From positions 3,841 to 67,840 of the forward strand of contig JAHFSX010000033.1 of the NCBI GenBank assembly GCA_023269675.1: 64,000 nt of DNA. Reading direction: 5' to 3'. The notes under the pieces were generated by a model that saw only the letters and a list, made by a program, of their open reading frames with translations, had not been told where the DNA came from and did no database searches. Origin of the DNA: Verrucomicrobiota bacterium. GTDB lineage: Bacteria > Verrucomicrobiota > Kiritimatiellia > RFP12 > UBA1067. This document shows positions 60,529 through 64,000 of this stretch, one piece after another. Position 1 is the first letter of the stretch; each line of letters starts with the position of its first letter. A program made the translations under genes and the position numbers.

Positions 60529-61938
60529 TTACAGAGCGATCACCTCCAACAGATGGTCGCCCTCCGGGGAGCGCTCGGTCAGAATGGCAAAGTCGCCGGT
60601 GTGGTCGTGCCGACGCAGCCACTCCTTGATGTACAGGGGCCACGACGCGGGCCGGAGCGGTTCGTGGATGGGTTGCGCGCCGTAAGAGAACTGAAGGTCT
60701 TGACAGACCTTCGCGCTGGAGCTGACCGCGATGACGGGAACAGGCAGATGCAGGGAGGCCAACCGCCGGACCGTGGTTCCCGTCAGCGACGGCACCATGA
60801 TCGCGGCGGGCAGGAGATGTTCAAGGCAGGCCTCGATGCTGATCGCGATGAGGTGCTCCGGCCGGACTTGCCCGGACAGGTCCTGCCCCGCGAAGAGATC
60901 CCTCACCCCTACCCTGCGGCGGGTCGGCTCGACGGTCGCGGCGATTTTCGCGAGCATTTCGACGGCTTCCACCGGATACGCGCCCATCGCGGATTCGCCG
61001 GAAAGCATGACGCAGTCGGTGCCGTCGAGAATGGCGTTCGAGACGTCCGTCACCTCGGCGCGTGTCGGCAGCCGGTACGTGGTCATGGACTCGAGCATCT
61101 GGGTCGCGGTGATGACGGGCTTCGCCCGCTGATTGGCTCGCCGGATAATCTCCTTCTGAATGACCGCGATGCGCTCGATGGGCACCTCGACGCCGAGGTC
61201 GCCGCGGGCGATCATGATCCCGTCGGACACGTCTAAAATCTCATCCAAACGCTCCAGCGCCCGTGAGCGCTCGATCTTGGCGATCACGAAGGGGTCGTAG
61301 CCGAATTGGCGGGCCGCGTCGCGCACGGCGCGAAGGTCGGCCGCGCCTTCGACGAACGACTGGCTGACCGCGTCGACGCCGTTCTCGAGCGCAAAGCGCA
61401 AACACTCGCGGTCGCGGTCGGTGAACGCGCTGATGCCGAGATCGATGCCCGGCAGGTTCAGACCCTTCCGCGCGCGCAACTCGCCGCCGACTTTCACCAC
61501 ACAGTTGACGTCATTGCCGGCCACGCCGGTCACCTCAAGCTGGATGTAGCCGTCATTGAGCGAGAGCAGGTCGCCTTGCTTCACGACTTGAGGCAGACGC
61601 TTGAAGCTGACCGCCACCCGCGCCTGGCTGCCGACGATGTCGTCCGTGGTCAGCGTAAAGCCGTCGCCCGTCTTCAGCCGGAAACTGTCGACGTCCAAGT
61701 TGCCGATCCGCATCTTGGGGCCTGACAGGTCGGCCATGATGGCGACCGGGCGTCCGACCGCTTTCGATGCGGCCCGAATGTTCTCGATCACGCGCCGGTG
61801 CGCCTCGAACTCGCCGTGCGAGAAGTTCAGCCGCGCGACGGACATTCCCGCGCGGATCATCTGCGCGAGGGTCTCGGGCGCTTCGGATGCGGGCCCGATG
61901 GTGGCAACGATCTTCGTTCTCGAAATGCAAGGGTTCAT
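60529..61938 (-). CDS. pyk: Pyruvate kinase
   Basis: TKIVATIGP, RLNFSHG, IAKIE, MIARGDLGVE, TATQMLESM, MLSGESA. Confidence 0.96.
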   Translation of the reverse strand: MNPCISRTKIVATIGPASEAPETLAQMIRAGMSVARLNFSHGEFEAHRRVIENIRAASKAVGRPVAIMADLSGPKMRIGNLDVDSFRLKTGDGFTLTTDDIVGSQARVAVSFKRLPQVVKQGDLLSLNDGYIQLEVTGVAGNDVNCVVKVGGELRARKGLNLPGIDLGISAFTDRDRECLRFALENGVDAVSQSFVEGAADLRAVRDAARQFGYDPFVIAKIERSRALERLDEILDVSDGIMIARGDLGVEVPIERIAVIQKEIIRRANQRAKPVITATQMLESMTTYRLPTRAEVTDVSNAILDGTDCVMLSGESAMGAYPVEAVEMLAKIAATVEPTRRRVGVRDLFAGQDLSGQVRPEHLIAISIEACLEHLLPAAIMVPSLTGTTVRRLASLHLPVPVIAVSSSAKVCQDLQFSYGAQPIHEPLRPASWPLYIKEWLRRHDHTGDFAILTERSPEGDHLLEVIAL

Positions 61939-62036
61939 AAAACACTCTCCTAAGTGAACAGTGACGAGGCCCCGGTCCGTTTCAAGATCGCAGACCTCAC
62001 ATCAGACATGCGTGTTCTAACCTGTAACCTCAAACC

Positions 62037-62122
62037 GATTACGATTTAGAGCACGATTAAGATTATGAGGAACAGGGGACCTTTCGTAATCCTAATCGTA
62101 ATCCTAATCTTAATCTGAATCG
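62037..62122. repeat. Inverted arrays of GATTAN/NTAATC hexamers
   Basis: GATTAC GATTTA GAGCAC GATTAA GATTAT ... GTAATC CTAATC GTAATC CTAATC TTAATC TGAATC. Confidence 0.7.
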
Positions 62123-62175
62123 TTCAAAAAGTTACCCCTCCGTTTGCTCCCGCTCCGCTGGCGTCGGGATTGTCT

Positions 62176-63615
62176 TCAACTTCTTCCTTCTATTTCATCG
62201 CGCGTCAGTTTTCTCCGGGCGCTGCGGGGCAGACAGGCGGCAAGCAAGCGGTACAGCAAGGCGGCCAGAAGCACAATGGCCACGAAGAGGACGCCCCGCC
62301 AAAAAACGAAATCAGCGAGTTCCTTGCCACCGGCCTGCGCCTGTTGAACCACCGGGCCGATTTGCGCCGCCAGCTGCGCGCGGCTATTGGCGCCGAGCGT
62401 CTGATCGAAGGTTTGGAGCAGCTCGGTCAGCTGCCGGGCAGCCGCCTCCAGTTGCACCGCCACCTGCCCGTAGTCCTGGATGCGGAACGGTTCCGCATTC
62501 GTCTCGGACGCCCCCTCGCTCTCGGGCTCGCCGACACCCAGGCGCCTGAGAACCCCGTCGAAACTCGTCAGCGCCGTGTTCAGCGACGCGGACATCTGGG
62601 TGCCAGCGGCGAGCGTCTGGCGCGCCTCGCCGAGCACGGGCATCAGGGCGCTCTCCTGCGCCTGGAGCGCCTTGAGGATTTGTTCGCGCTCCGCAGCGAC
62701 CTGCGCCGGCAATTGCTCGGCCGCGCGGGTGAAACGGTCCACCGAAGCGGCGATCTGGGTGACATTGGTCGTCCATTGCCGCAAGGCGGGCTGCTCCATC
62801 GCATCGATGCTCAGAAGCTCCGCCTGCCACCGCAGCAGCGTCGGCATCTTTTGAGAGACGAAAAGCGCGCGCTCGGCAAACAGCCGCGTCTGAGCGATTT
62901 CGCGCCGGGTCGGGTCCAGCTCGGCCAGCGGGTCGAGCATGAGCAGGCTGAAGAGGCTGCCGGGCTTGGTGATGTCGGCCCGGTTCACCTGCGTCACCTG
63001 TATGGCGAGACCGACAGAGCGTGCCACCAGCAGGTTCTCCGGCATCGAGCTCTCCCGGTGCCACACCTGAATCGCCTCACGCAAGGCCGCCTGCTGCTCC
63101 GGTTTGAGGACCTTGTCGGTCGCCCGCCAGATCTCCGCCTCGGCCAGACGGCAGTAGTCGAGGAGGGTCTGAGCCGACGCGCCGAAGACCTTGGGCTGCC
63201 AATGCTCCTCCAGGGCCATCCGCGCTTCTGCGATAAAGACCGTCATGTCCAGCAGGTTGGCGACGGCGTTTGGCCCGGAGGCGATGGAACAGGTCGCGGT
63301 ACCGAACGCGATTTTCCACCGCAGGCTCTCGGCCTTATCCAGCGCGTTCGTGCCATGGCGGAGCTTTTCGACGCCGAGGGTCATGCGCGAGGCGAACTCG
63401 TCCGCGAAGCGCATCAAGGTCTGCTGCACCTCCACCGGATCAACCGCCGGTTCAGCCTTCGGTGCCGGCGTGATCGTGCGGACAGCCTGTCCCGGAACCT
63501 TGGCGGCGGTCTGGGCCGCGGTCTGGGCCATGCGGCACCCCGGGCCCGAGGCGAGGAGCAGGATGCCCACCCCCGCCCACCTGATGCTCGTTCTGTTATC
63601 CATGCTCTTTTTCAT
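62176..63615 (-). CDS. Hypothetical helical lipoprotein with C-terminal TM segment
   Basis: Possible lipobox GPG-C, long coiled-coil, LDPLAELDP...ERALF motif, C-terminal TM. Confidence 0.7.
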   Translation of the reverse strand: MKKSMDNRTSIRWAGVGILLLASGPGCRMAQTAAQTAAKVPGQAVRTITPAPKAEPAVDPVEVQQTLMRFADEFASRMTLGVEKLRHGTNALDKAESLRWKIAFGTATCSIASGPNAVANLLDMTVFIAEARMALEEHWQPKVFGASAQTLLDYCRLAEAEIWRATDKVLKPEQQAALREAIQVWHRESSMPENLLVARSVGLAIQVTQVNRADITKPGSLFSLLMLDPLAELDPTRREIAQTRLFAERALFVSQKMPTLLRWQAELLSIDAMEQPALRQWTTNVTQIAASVDRFTRAAEQLPAQVAAEREQILKALQAQESALMPVLGEARQTLAAGTQMSASLNTALTSFDGVLRRLGVGEPESEGASETNAEPFRIQDYGQVAVQLEAAARQLTELLQTFDQTLGANSRAQLAAQIGPVVQQAQAGGKELADFVFWRGVLFVAIVLLAALLYRLLAACLPRSARRKLTRDEIEGRS

Positions 63616-63717
63616 CCTGCCATCCAATTGACAGCGCCCCGGCATCCTTCAGCTCACATCCGGCAGTCCGCATCGCGGCTGACCCTCAGACCCTAAGCCA
63701 GGTCGTCCCGCCTCCAA

Positions 63718-63999
63718 CTACAGGGCTTCCAGCATCGCCTCCGCCCGGACCGTTTCCTTCACGCGATTGAGCAGCAGCCGGTAAGGCCGGCGCGCGATCT
63801 TAAGCAGCTGCACCTCATCGCGGCCCGATGCGCCAACGACGGCGTAAGCGTCAGCACGCACCAGGACGCCGTCATCGCCAAAAGGTTCCAGCGTCACTTC
63901 GACACGCATCTGCAGGCTCTCCTGATAACGCGCGTATTGCAGCCGGTCGTTCGGTGTCCCCTCCCGGACAAAGACGATCTCCCGCGGTTTGACCGAGTG
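63718..63999 (-). CDS. Hypothetical protein (5' part beyond window)
   Basis: Frame is open to the window edge (HSVKPREIVFVREG...LEAL*). Confidence 0.55.
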   Translation of the reverse strand, partial: HSVKPREIVFVREGTPNDRLQYARYQESLQMRVEVTLEPFGDDGVLVRADAYAVVGASGRDEVQLLKIARRPYRLLLNRVKETVRAEAMLEAL

Positions 64000-64000
64000 C

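Overview
High-GC bacterial DNA; gene content suggests a PVC-superphylum organism, possibly Kiritimatiellae/Lentisphaerae (inference). Apart from three + strand genes in the first 4 kb, every credible CDS is on the - strand. The left part (1-28.2 kb) is housekeeping and envelope genes: GH42 hydrolase, MliC-like lipoprotein, O-methyltransferase, DedA, pyrE, a TPR-ExbB-ExbD-TonB-like-beta-propeller-ABC operon, SGNH hydrolase, PagL, a TetR-TolC-MFP-RND efflux operon, lactate permease, PfkB kinase, and ribBA-ribH-nusB-ribD-ribE under an FMN riboswitch with promoter and terminator. The right part (28.6-64 kb) is a lipoprotein-rich, largely uncharacterised cluster (DUF4105, lipase, YSC84, sulfatase, DUF3313, DUF4136, DUF3568, DUF2950/DUF3300, two paralog pairs, Cax, VIT1) interleaved with a glycogen-to-pyruvate module (pyk, pfk, glgP, GH63, GH13). 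Best leads: (1) two diverged copies of a ~280-bp non-coding, hairpin-ended element, each flanked by its own 9-bp target-site duplication; (2) an HD(alarmone-hydrolase-like)-CBS-HEPN fusion protein; (3) the lipoprotein cluster itself, including an Lnb-like DUF4105/lipase pair, a catalytically dead SGNH lipoprotein and a SleB-like hydrolase/lipoprotein pair; (4) a GNRA hairpin inserted in the FMN riboswitch L2 loop. All family calls come from motif recognition by eye, not database searches. No rRNA, tRNA, CRISPR array, integrase or transposase was seen.
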